From: an uncultured delta proteobacterium
GTDB taxonomy: Bacteria > Desulfobacterota > Binatia > UBA9968
Assembly: GCA_963847445.1 (NCBI GenBank)
Contig: CAWJZV010000014.1
Location: 160,001 to 224,000 of the forward strand
Reading direction: 5' to 3'
DNA: 64,000 nt
This document shows positions 44,553-53,799 of the stretch, piece after piece; the stretch's first letter is position 1; each line of letters starts with the position of its first letter. A program made the position numbers and the translations under genes. The notes under the pieces are model-generated. The model made no database searches. It saw only the letters and a program-made list of their open reading frames with translations, and was not told the origin of the DNA.

Positions 44553-45069
44553 TCAACTGCTATCATCGCGATTCATTTCACCCACTGACTTGGCCGCCCG
44601 CGCCACAGCGTTTGCATTGGCTGGCTCGCCCCAAATCTTGGCGTAGATATGATCGCCGATATCCTTACCGGTGAACCATTCGACAAGTGAATTAACGACC
44701 CCGGTCACCAAGCCGCTCAGACGGCCCCAAAGCGCGCCGCCGATCACCCGTAGGCGCCATGCCGATGCGATCGTCCGTCAGATTACGATAAATCGTCGCG
44801 ACAATCGGGATATGCTGGAGCGGATTGACGATGTCAAGGAAGTCGCCAAATTCAAAACTTGCACTTTGCCACAGCGAAAAAGCTTTCGCGGGTGCGGCGG
44901 TTGGCGTCGGCGCGCTGGGATCCTTGGAGAGGTCATCGGCGACGCGCGCATAAGATCGTTTCATGGTCGCCGCTTCGGCTCCGTTGCGAGCCCGGGCGAT
45001 TGGCGCGGCTGGTGTCGCTTCATTACGGCGCGGTTCCACGCTGGCGAGCGCTGTCGATTCGAGAATCAT
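44553..45069 (-). CDS. Conserved hypothetical protein downstream of motB (frameshift ~44750)
   Basis: FGDFLDIVNPLQHIPIVATIYR..(V)IGGALWG..TGKDIG; starts 2 nt after the motB stop. Confidence 0.7.
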
Positions 45070-45071
45070 GG

Positions 45072-45872
45072 TTATTTTTCAGCGCTTGCGCCGGCACCCG
45101 TTGCACTTTCTTGCAACAGCCTGATTTCGACCCGGCGATTGGCGCGCCGATCGGTCGGCGTGGAGTTAGGATTTTTCGGCCGTTGATCGGCGTATCCCTG
45201 AACTGCGATACGCGAGGGACGCAGACCGCGCTGAACCAAGTAGCGCGCCACCCGGCTCGCCCGTGCCGTCGACAGTTCCCAGTTGGACGGAAAAGCTGAA
45301 TTGGCAATGCGCACGCTGTCGGTGTGGCCGCTGACGGCGACCGACATTTTCGGATTGGCGAGCACGACGGCGGCGATTTTTTCCAGCACTGGCAGCGCCC
45401 GCCGGCGCAGCTCGGCCTTACCGGAGTCGAACGGCACACTGTCGCGCATCGACAACAAGATTTCGCCGGCCGTCGATTCGATCGTGACATCCTGGCGCAA
45501 TCCCGCGGCACCGACGAACTGGGCTAAATCGTTTTGTACAGCTTGCCAAGCATCCAGCCCCATTGATGCCTCGACCGGGAGCAGCTGGGCACTGGCTTGG
45601 GGCGCGGCCGGCAACGCACCCTTGACCGTCGGTTGTGCCACCGTCGAGCTAGCCGTGGCATACCACAGCACGGCGAAGCCCAATAGCAATAAGGTCAGAT
45701 CACTGAGCGTGATCATCCACCAATCGGTATCGTTCTGGTTTGACGAGCTAGTCGCCACTGAGCGCGGCAGAACTGCGTTGCGATGAGCGAGTGTTTCGAA
45801 ACCCGCTAAAATTTGCACACGGTTTGACTTCATAATCTCTAGCGATGCGCTAGAAGAGCGATCGGTTCCCAT
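45072..45872 (-). CDS. motB: Flagellar stator MotB (start uncertain)
   Basis: WMITLSDLTLLLLGF TM with Asp; GHTD, SNWELSTARA and NRRVEI (OmpA-like). Confidence 0.9.
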   Translation of the reverse strand: MGTDRSSSASLEIMKSNRVQILAGFETLAHRNAVLPRSVATSSSNQNDTDWWMITLSDLTLLLLGFAVLWYATASSTVAQPTVKGALPAAPQASAQLLPVEASMGLDAWQAVQNDLAQFVGAAGLRQDVTIESTAGEILLSMRDSVPFDSGKAELRRRALPVLEKIAAVVLANPKMSVAVSGHTDSVRIANSAFPSNWELSTARASRVARYLVQRGLRPSRIAVQGYADQRPKNPNSTPTDRRANRRVEIRLLQESATGAGASAEK

Positions 45873-46630
45873 TCGCGATAACGGCCACCTTCGGTAGCGC
45901 TAATCGGGAAAGAAGTTTTAGGACGATCGACCAGCGTCAGACTCTCGCCTCGCGCAATCGTTAAAATCCAATCTTTACTCAAACGCATTTTGGTTTCTTG
46001 CTCCACAGCAACCGATTGTAACCGAGCCAAAAGCGGCGCAACTAAGACATTGGCCGCCACCGCGCCGTAGAGCGTTGTCAGGACCGATAAACCCAACGCA
46101 GCCGGCAAGCTTTTCGGATCGGCAGTAACGAGGTTTCCCAACAGCAGCACCATGCCGATCAAAGTGCCGATCAGTCCGAAAGACGGCAGCAACTTGCCTA
46201 GTGTCAAAAGGATTTGGCGGTTGGCTTCATATTCACCGAGTATGCCAGCGAAGCGAACCTCCAAGCGTGCGCGAATCGACTCCGCATTATGCAAATCGAC
46301 GAGCAACTCGACACCATACTTCAGATAGCCATCGTCTAGATGCTTTTCCTGGGTTTCCACGCCTCGGAGTCCTTCCAGACAAAATAGTTCGGTAAGTCTG
46401 CGCAAGACGGCTACGTGAGCTTGTAAGCTAGCCTCCGGTGCCGCAAACAAGCCCCGAATGGCTAGGGCGCAATCTTTCAATTGCTTCTTGGAGTAGGAAA
46501 AATAAGTTACTGTCAATGCACCCCCGCAAGTTAGCAGCAGGGAAAAAGGATCAAAAAATTGCGGCTTGAGAATTACCCCCACGGCCAGTGAAAAAATAAC
46601 AACCCCCAGAAGCGCGAACTCACGAGACAC
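45839..46630 (-). CDS. motA: Flagellar stator MotA (divergent)
   Basis: PSFGLIGTLIGMV and LTTLYGAVAAN..P; adjacent to motB. Confidence 0.85.
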   Translation of the reverse strand: MSREFALLGVVIFSLAVGVILKPQFFDPFSLLLTCGGALTVTYFSYSKKQLKDCALAIRGLFAAPEASLQAHVAVLRRLTELFCLEGLRGVETQEKHLDDGYLKYGVELLVDLHNAESIRARLEVRFAGILGEYEANRQILLTLGKLLPSFGLIGTLIGMVLLLGNLVTADPKSLPAALGLSVLTTLYGAVAANVLVAPLLARLQSVAVEQETKMRLSKDWILTIARGESLTLVDRPKTSFPISATEGGRYREWEPIALLAHR

Positions 46631-46694
46631 AGCGACCTCCCGCTATTGAACAATGGAACGAGTTTGACCGATTCGATTTCTTCCCAGCGCACAC

Positions 46695-46710
46695 GCAGAA
46701 TTCGTGCCGG
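46695..46710 (-). promoter_or_regulatory. sigma54 promoter for motAB
   Basis: CCGGCACGAATTCTGC on the minus strand (GG-N10-GC). Confidence 0.6.
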
Positions 46711-46761
46711 CATCTCAGCCACACGGAACTCCAGGAGAAAATGTTGGTATCGGGAATTAGG

Positions 46762-46782
46762 GGTAGGAAATCTTTTCCTACC
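46762..46782. promoter_or_regulatory. Perfect palindrome, candidate activator site
   Basis: GGTAGGAAA-TCT-TTTCCTACC. Confidence 0.5.
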
Positions 46783-46820
46783 GAGGGTAAGAAACGCCGA
46801 GTGGAGGCGAAAAAAACGGC

Positions 46821-47177
46821 CTATGCAGTGCGGTGGTGATATGAACCCATCGATTGGGCAATTCGGGCGTAGGCGTTAAAGACCCGACGCCGATCAGACA
46901 ACTCAATCATTTCCCGACTAATATTTGACAGTTGCTGTCCAATTTTTTGCACCAAAACTTGGTCTTTTTCCAAGACCGAAGTCATCAGCGGTTGCAAAGC
47001 CGGGGAGTCGGCAACGATGTCTTCCGTACACATCGGTAGGTCCCAGAGTCGTTGAAAGACCGCATTTCTCCGAAGGGCGTAGCCTTCCCAGACTTCGAGA
47101 CTCGGGTCGGGACAGTTAAGCAGATCTTCCGTAATGGCGAGCAATGATAAGATCTCTTGGCAGATTAATTCGTTCAT
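46821..47177 (-). CDS. FliT-like flagellar chaperone
   Basis: 118 aa helical protein directly after fliS; ends with the RVFNAY pattern. Confidence 0.55.
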   Translation of the reverse strand: MNELICQEILSLLAITEDLLNCPDPSLEVWEGYALRRNAVFQRLWDLPMCTEDIVADSPALQPLMTSVLEKDQVLVQKIGQQLSNISREMIELSDRRRVFNAYARIAQSMGSYHHRTA

Positions 47178-47181
47178 CGAA

Positions 47182-47578
47182 TCAAAGGTTTTCTTTCCGT
47201 GCTTGCGCGACGGCTCCCTCCCAGCCTTCGTTTAAAGTCGATAGAAGCAATAACACGTCGTCGATCGGTTTTACCTTATTTTCCAGGTGCGCTTCCATGA
47301 GCTGATCCATCATGAATCGGTAAAGGGCTTCGAGCGAGCGTGAGAGATCCCCGCCTACTTCAAAATCAAGCGTGCTTAGCAACTCACCGATTACGGCATG
47401 AGCTTTAGAGATGCACATCCCCTTTTCCGCGATCTGCCCCTGGTCGAGATGGACCTTGGCGCGTTTGAGGAAATCCATTGCGCCTTGGTACAAGCATCAG
47501 CAGCAGCGTACCTCTATCCGCCGTATAGAATTGGTTGATTTTGTACGTCTCGAGTTGTTGCGAGTATGCGACTGACAT
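47182..47578 (-). CDS. fliS: Flagellin chaperone FliS (frameshift ~47494)
   Basis: TADRGTLLLM(L)YQGA, ELLSTLDFEVGG, LYRFM and EGW. Confidence 0.92.
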
Positions 47579-47586
47579 AAAAATAC

Positions 47587-48939
47587 TTACTTATTAAGTT
47601 GACCATTTAAGCCGGCAAGTTGTTGCGTCAGGTAGTTTCCCTGCGTGTTGATCTGGCTAACCAGTGTCTCCAACGCTGTGAATTTGCGGGTTAGGTCTTC
47701 CATGAGACGGTTAATACTATTTTCTTTACTGGCGATCCGATCACCTATTTTTTTAATTTCATTTTGAGCCCCATCAATTCGAGCGGACAAGACACCATCA
47801 CCGAGCCTGGTCGCGGCGTCGGCAAAATTTATGACCGACTTGGCGAGGCCATCCGTGGCTGCGGCAAATAGATTACCCACCCCCGCTAAATTGGCCTTTA
47901 GCGCGGCATCAAACTTGGCACTATTGACGGAGAGCGTTCCGTTCTTTTGTGTCGCGATGCCAATTTCACTGAGAATCGAAGGCGAACCGGCAACCGGAGT
48001 AATAATCAAACTCTGCAAACTACGCTTGAGTGATGCCACTGTGGCATCGCCGATCAACGGCCCACCCGTCTTGGTTGCGCTATCATACTTGGTTTTTTCG
48101 GCGATAAATGAAGTGACCTCGTTGTAGGCGGTAATAAACTCGTTGAGTTGGTTTTTGATCGCTTCGGTATCGTCATTGACGGTTACTTGAACTTCCGTAG
48201 CGGAGCTCGACTTAAGGTCCAAAGTCACGCCGGGAATGACGTCGGATAGCAAATTTGCGGCGCGCGCCAGCGGGATCCCATCGACCACCAAGGTCGCATC
48301 CAACGCCGCCTGCGTGGTCGCAAAACCGGGTGCCGTCCCACCGTTCAAGTTTGCTTCGCTGATGGCTACAGCATTGGTGAGACCGGTGTTCTTTCCACTG
48401 ATCACAAGGCGGTATGAAGGCGTTGTGCCTGCCGTTACGGTCACAATGGAAGCTGTAACGTCAGCATCGGAATCGTTAATTGCGGCGCGCAAACCTTCTA
48501 AGGTGTTGTTGGTACCGTCGATGGCGATATTCGTGGTCGTTGCGCCCACTGTAATGGCGAGCGTTCCCGTGCCGACGACGGTCGTAGCAGTGTCGCTGAA
48601 CGGTGCGGAAGCTAATGTGCTGCTCCTGGCAAGAGCACTGACGGTAACGTTGTGATTGGCAGTGTCGGCGCTGGAACTCGCGGTCGCCACCAGCACATCT
48701 TCCTTCGAGCTTTTCGCTGTCTTGATAAAGAAATTCGCCGTAGTCGACAGTTTCGTAACGGCGGTCTTTAACGCCGTCAATTTCCCACTGAGGTCCTGAT
48801 ATAGTTTGGTTTTTTCTTGGAGTTTGGCCTGCTGGTTCTGCAGCAGGGTTATCGGTCGTCGCTCAACCGCAACTAAACCCTCGATGATGGCCTGGGTATT
48901 AAGACCGGTAGCTAGACCGCCAAACGTTATCGTCGCCAT
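47587..48939 (-). CDS. fliD: Flagellar filament cap protein
   Basis: GLATGLNTQAII, DVIPGVTLDL and C-terminal FTALETLVSQINTQ. Confidence 0.95.
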   Translation of the reverse strand: MATITFGGLATGLNTQAIIEGLVAVERRPITLLQNQQAKLQEKTKLYQDLSGKLTALKTAVTKLSTTANFFIKTAKSSKEDVLVATASSSADTANHNVTVSALARSSTLASAPFSDTATTVVGTGTLAITVGATTTNIAIDGTNNTLEGLRAAINDSDADVTASIVTVTAGTTPSYRLVISGKNTGLTNAVAISEANLNGGTAPGFATTQAALDATLVVDGIPLARAANLLSDVIPGVTLDLKSSSATEVQVTVNDDTEAIKNQLNEFITAYNEVTSFIAEKTKYDSATKTGGPLIGDATVASLKRSLQSLIITPVAGSPSILSEIGIATQKNGTLSVNSAKFDAALKANLAGVGNLFAAATDGLAKSVINFADAATRLGDGVLSARIDGAQNEIKKIGDRIASKENSINRLMEDLTRKFTALETLVSQINTQGNYLTQQLAGLNGQLNK

Positions 48940-48942
48940 TGA

Positions 48943-49291
48943 CTAGGATTCCTTCGATACCATGAGCCCCTTGAGGTCACGAAGGGCTTTGGTGATGTTC
49001 AACAATTCTTCCGGGGGTATCTGGCGCACCAGCTTGCCCGACTCCGCATCGACAATCTGAATGACCTGAATGCCTGTGTCTTTGTCCTGTTCGAATCTCA
49101 GGCGAACTTGCGCACGGTTCAGTACGATAGGCTTTGAGCGCGCTTCCACCTGAGCTTGGCTCGGGGTCACGCCGTGGCTCACTCACAACCTTTTTCTTGC
49201 TGTCACCGGCCGTAATCTCAAGAGGGTTTCTCAGCTGTTGACGGCTTGGAGCGACCGCGAGCGAGACGAGATTGGTTTGATCAACTTTCAT
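48943..49291 (-). CDS. flaG: FlaG family protein (frameshift ~49180)
   Basis: LRFEQDKDTG..IVDAESGKLVRQIPPEE. Confidence 0.9.
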
Positions 49292-49309
49292 GGCATCACC
49301 TACATCACG

Positions 49310-49350
49310 AAGGGTAAAGGAGGGACCAATGGCGGTCCCTCCCTACCCTT
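49310..49350 (-). terminator. Strong hairpin after fliC (leaky terminator or mRNA stabiliser)
   Basis: AAGGGTA..GGAGGGACC-AATGGC-GGTCCCTCC..TACCCTT; no U-tract. Confidence 0.55.
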
Positions 49351-49364
49351 GTGCTCGGTTGAGA

Positions 49365-50219
49365 TTACCGACTCAGTAGCGACAAAGCCAATGAAGGAAC
49401 CTGATTGGCCTGAGACGCTATGGCCGCACCAGCCTGTGACAGGATCTGGTAACGGGCCAGTTCCGCCGTTTCCTGGGCAACGTCAACGTCCCGGATACGA
49501 GAGTTGGCGGCCGAGAGGTTTTCCACGGAAATCGACAAGCTACGAGAAGTCGCCTCAAGGCGGTTCTGCACCGCGCCCAAGGTCGCCCGGCTGCTGTTTA
49601 CAGCATCGATCGCGCTGTCGATGGTGGTGATCGCGTCGGTGGCTCCGGAAGCCGAAGTCAACGAAAGCGCCGTCAAATCCAACCCGCCGCTACCGAGGGC
49701 GGTCGCCTTCAGCGGATTAATGCTGATGGTGATGGTATCGTTGCTCGTGGTCCCGATACCAACCTGCAGGACAAACGACACTGCGGCGCCCGCACTGTTA
49801 CCGTTCAAAACTTGCACGTTGTTGAATTTTACGACGCCAGCGATACGGGTGATTTCCGCGGTCAACTGATCATATTCGGTATCGATGGCCCCGCGGTCGG
49901 TCGCGGAGATCGTGCCGTTGGCTGATTGGACCGCGAGCTCGCGCAGACGAATCAAGGTGCTGCTAACTTCGTCATAGCCGCCTTCCGACACCTGGACCAA
50001 GCTGACGCCGTCCAGAGTGTTACGCGACGCCTGACTGGTGGAGCGGATCTGCGCCTTTAAACGTTCAGAAATTGCCAGACCCGCGGCGTCGTCGCCAGCG
50101 CGATTGATACGAAAACCAGACGATAGCCGTTCGAGGGCTTTGCTGAGACCGAACTGAGTGTTGCTTAGATGTCTCTGCGCATTCAATGATGCGACGTTTG
50201 TATTGATTACGATAGCCAT
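49365..50219 (-). CDS. fliC: Flagellin (284 aa)
   Basis: INTNVASLNAQR, RLSSGFRINRAGDDAAGLAISE, LGAVQNRL and SRIRDVD. Confidence 0.98.
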   Translation of the reverse strand: MAIVINTNVASLNAQRHLSNTQFGLSKALERLSSGFRINRAGDDAAGLAISERLKAQIRSTSQASRNTLDGVSLVQVSEGGYDEVSSTLIRLRELAVQSANGTISATDRGAIDTEYDQLTAEITRIAGVVKFNNVQVLNGNSAGAAVSFVLQVGIGTTSNDTITISINPLKATALGSGGLDLTALSLTSASGATDAITTIDSAIDAVNSSRATLGAVQNRLEATSRSLSISVENLSAANSRIRDVDVAQETAELARYQILSQAGAAIASQANQVPSLALSLLSR

Positions 50220-50229
50220 TAGTTATTTT

Positions 50230-50266
50230 CCTCCATGATTTTTTGTTTTTGGGCTTCCCTGCCCAA
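50230..50266 (-). promoter_or_regulatory. CsrA-type sites in the fliC leader
   Basis: Hairpin TTGGGC-AGGGAA-GCCCAA with GGA in the loop; second ATGGA overlapping the SD. Confidence 0.65.
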
Positions 50267-50335
50267 GGGAGGCGGCTATGCGTAACTCGGTGCTTCTTTC
50301 CCCCCTTTCCGTACGAATCACCGCCTCGTAGTATT

Positions 50336-50362
50336 CAATCGACGCGACGCGGTGAAACTTTA
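50336..50362 (-). promoter_or_regulatory. sigma28 (FliA) promoter of fliC
   Basis: TAAAGTTT-N11-GTCGATTG. Confidence 0.75.
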
Positions 50363-50483
50363 GCGCTCTGTCAAAAAACCGCCGATCGTGGCAGCTCTAA
50401 CAAGGAGCGAGAACAGCAGAGAAAAACCGCTTAAAATCGAAAGGATGGCAGCGTTTCGGGAAGAATTGGGATGGGCCGGTCAA

Positions 50484-52567
50484 TCAGGTCGTCAAATTCT
50501 CGGCAACTTCTGCGGTACCGTGCATTACGCTCTGGTACAGACTTGAGAGTTTTGTTGGATCCAGTTGGTCTTCCGCCCAATAGGAATCCTGATCAGGCCA
50601 GAGAAAGCCGACCCACTTGGCGAAAAATCGCATACGATCTGCGGCATCATCCTGACTGGCGCCGCTCAGGCAAATAAACAAACTTTCGGGAGTATAAGCG
50701 GTTTTCCAACCGTTGCGTCCCGCCTGGAAACAGAAATCCAGCTCAGCCCATTGGCTTTGGAAGGCCTCGTCAAAACCTCCGGTAGCCAGGAAAACCTCAC
50801 GGCGCACCAGCAAGCACCCCGCCACGGCCCGCATTGGTCTCCCTCGGTGGGCGGCAGGGAATGTCGCGGGCAACCGCCGATACAGATAGACCGGCGTCAA
50901 ATTAGCATCCACGGCAATTCCCGCGTGAGCTAGCTGACCGTCCGCGAATAGCGCCAAGCCGCCGGCGATACCAATCTCGAAGTCGTTCTCCAACCGATGC
51001 ACCAGGCCCTCCAACCAACCCGTTTGCGGTATCCACCCCGGCGACAAAAAGCACAGGTAGCGGCCGGTCGCTCGCGAAGCGGCGAGGTTGTAGAGGCTTC
51101 CAAGCGTTCCTTGTTCGCACTGTAACACCGACACATCGCCTCCGAGTGAATTGATGAATTCACCGCGCTCGTGCGGCGCCAAGTTGGTGCTGATTAAACA
51201 CTCATAGGACAGGTTCGTAGGAGTGTTTTCGACGACTCCAAGCAAGGTTTCCGGGGCGCCGTCGGCGCTACGTAACGGAATGAGGATCGAGCACAGCAAG
51301 TCTCCCGGCGCGATCGAAGAAGCGAAGTAGCGTTGCTCCGAACGCCTGACGCTCGGGCTGAAAGTATACTCTCGACGGCCTCCACGCAGCGATCAATGCT
51401 CTTGCCATCAAGACGATGAAGGTTGCGACGCAGGTATTCCTCCACCCGCCGCGCTCGACCCGCAGCCACCGACCCTTGGAGGGTTTTGCCCACCGCCGCG
51501 GGTAATTCGGCCAGGCTTGACACCACATCCGCTACACCCTGGCGTCCAAACGAGTATTCAAGGCCGGACAACTGAACTTCAATGAGCGGCTTGCCAAACG
51601 CCAGCGCCTCAAGACCCGTCGTTGAATTACCAAAGACGATGCAAACATCGCTCACCGCGAGCAACCGATAGGTATCGAATTGTTGCAGCATGCGAATATT
51701 GGTCACTGATCCTAGTGCGTTGGCGATTTCCTCAATGGCCAACTTATTGGTAACCGGATGCCACTTACACATCAAAATCAGGTCCGGATTGGCACGGAGC
51801 CAGTCGAGAAGCTCGTGCGGAAAGGCAAAGCTCTTGTCATAACCCAAACCGCCCATCAAAAGAGTAATAACTTTTTTTTCTTTGCCGATGTTGAGTTCAT
51901 TTCTTGTTCTTTTCATCGCGCCGCGCTCGGTTTCCCTGCCGACGACCGACTGCAAATGCGTATTGCCAACGATAAAGATCTTGTCAGGACTGCCACCGGA
52001 CCGAATTAAAACCTCGCGCGTGGCCTCGCCCCAGACAAGGCAAGCGCTGGAGTATTCGGTGTGAAATCGATAGACGGCGGCCGGCGCGTAATAGAGTCCT
52101 TCCTGCAACGTCATCAGGGGCACGCGAAATTCGTGCGAGAGATAGCCGAGCATTTTGCCCCAGCTATTCAGTTCATGGAGGGCCAATACCAGGTCGGGTT
52201 TCTCGACTTCGAACATTCGCCGGAACAGATAGAAGTTGTCCACGTGCATACGCAAGATTTTATCCTGAATCGGCAAAGTGAAATGATGCAGCACCGGGCT
52301 TTGGAGCAACTTTTCTTTCCAAACTGCACGTACCTTTCGATAGGCTATGTCGATCTCGCGTAGCACCTCTGCATTCGCGTAAGATTGGCTGTGGCAATAG
52401 GGCAAACCTTCATCCTGGAGCGTCAGCTCAAACGGCATTTCCGCCGGCGCGGTGAGATACTTGATCGTCATGCCTAGCTCTTCCAGTGTTCGTGTAATAG
52501 GTAATAAAAAACGGCTATGATGCTTGAGTGCCAGAAAGCAGAATGCCTTTTTCCCCTCAAAGTTCAT
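50484..52567 (-). CDS. GT-B (KxHP-type) domain plus GT2 glycosyltransferase domain; probably one gene split by a frameshift ~51300
   Basis: CKWHP and NSTTGLEALAFGKP; then SILIPL, YNLAASRATGRYLCFL, AGCLLVRREVF..GGFDE and LDFC. Confidence 0.7.
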
Positions 52568-53783
52568 CGTGCACCCCCATCGTCTCAATACCAACTCTGT
52601 GATTAAGCGCCCCATTAAGAACATGGCTCAAGCAGGTGCGCGTGAGAACTTTCTGCTCGATCCACACCCGGACCGCACTCATCGCGCGGGCGGCGCAGGG
52701 CTCAACAAACAGACTCTCGCCGATCCAAGAACTTTCACCCCACCCCTGGCAAACCACGGTCAATTTTCCGTAACTGGCCGCCAATTCCGTAAACACGGAA
52801 TGGGCCGGCGCCAAGACCACGTCAGATACCAAGAGAGGCCATAGCCATCCGCCTTGGTCGTCGACGATCACGTGAGGCAGGGCGGCGATTTCGTCACGGT
52901 AAACCTTCTCCGCTATTTCTCTTTCTTTGAGTCCTTGACGCGCAATATTGGGGTCCGTCCGCAGAATCACCGTGAACGAAAACGGCAGTGACTTCAGGCT
53001 AACCAGCAACTGGCGAATTTCGTGGATAAAAGCGACATGATGCGGGATGAGAATAACCACTTGGCCATGGCCCAGGTCAAACTTGCGCCGAAGGTCCTCT
53101 TCTTGTTCGAAATAATCGTTTAGATAAGCATCGTCCCGACAAGTTAAAAGATAGCCTTCCTCTGGCGGTAACACGAAGGTTCGCTCCGACGGCGCCAACT
53201 CCTCGAGAGCCACAAACGAACGGGAGAACTCCGTCTTAACCGCGTAGGTATCCGCAAGGGATGCGCCCAAAGTTTGTTTATTGCCCAAGAGGGATACTTC
53301 AAGACCAACCACCCGCGCACGGGCCTTTCGCGCTTGCAACAGCATGGCGCTATACAGCCGCGACGCTGCGTTCGAATTATTATCGACGCCCATCAGCGGG
53401 TAGACTAAAACGTCCGGTTCAACGAGCAATTCGGGGTGATCGACCACGTCGACGCAACCCAGGTAATCGTCCATGGCCATCACTTTCCAAATATGCAGCT
53501 GGCTCTCGGGAAATGGGACGTCCCGGGTGAGCCGGATCATTAGTTCCGTCATCGCCACCGAATGTTCAGCGGCGAGCGGCAAATGACTGCCCGGCAGACA
53601 ATAGTTCTTGATGCCGATGGCTTCGAATTGACCGCAAATCTCCGTATCGTGGCTAACAACGCTGACGTCGAACTGTTCTGTCGCGGCCACACGGCGGACC
53701 AACTTCTGGAATTTGCCGCGCGTGTATTTCCAATCCGCGTCACCAATAGCGAACAACACTTTTGGCTTATTGACTTTGCTCAT
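52557..53783 (-). CDS. Hypothetical protein, degenerate GT-B-like fold
   Basis: C-terminal SDVVLAPAHSVFTELAASYGK resembles the neighbour's GT-B motif; overlapping operon arrangement. Confidence 0.6.
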   Translation of the reverse strand: MSKVNKPKVLFAIGDADWKYTRGKFQKLVRRVAATEQFDVSVVSHDTEICGQFEAIGIKNYCLPGSHLPLAAEHSVAMTELMIRLTRDVPFPESQLHIWKVMAMDDYLGCVDVVDHPELLVEPDVLVYPLMGVDNNSNAASRLYSAMLLQARKARARVVGLEVSLLGNKQTLGASLADTYAVKTEFSRSFVALEELAPSERTFVLPPEEGYLLTCRDDAYLNDYFEQEEDLRRKFDLGHGQVVILIPHHVAFIHEIRQLLVSLKSLPFSFTVILRTDPNIARQGLKEREIAEKVYRDEIAALPHVIVDDQGGWLWPLLVSDVVLAPAHSVFTELAASYGKLTVVCQGWGESSWIGESLFVEPCAARAMSAVRVWIEQKVLTRTCLSHVLNGALNHRVGIETMGVHDEL

Positions 53784-53799
53784 TGCTCGCCCAACCCTC

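Noticed and set aside
44296-44556. 86-aa ORF after the motB-linked gene
   Set aside because: No motif or clear RBS; cannot be told apart from non-coding sequence.
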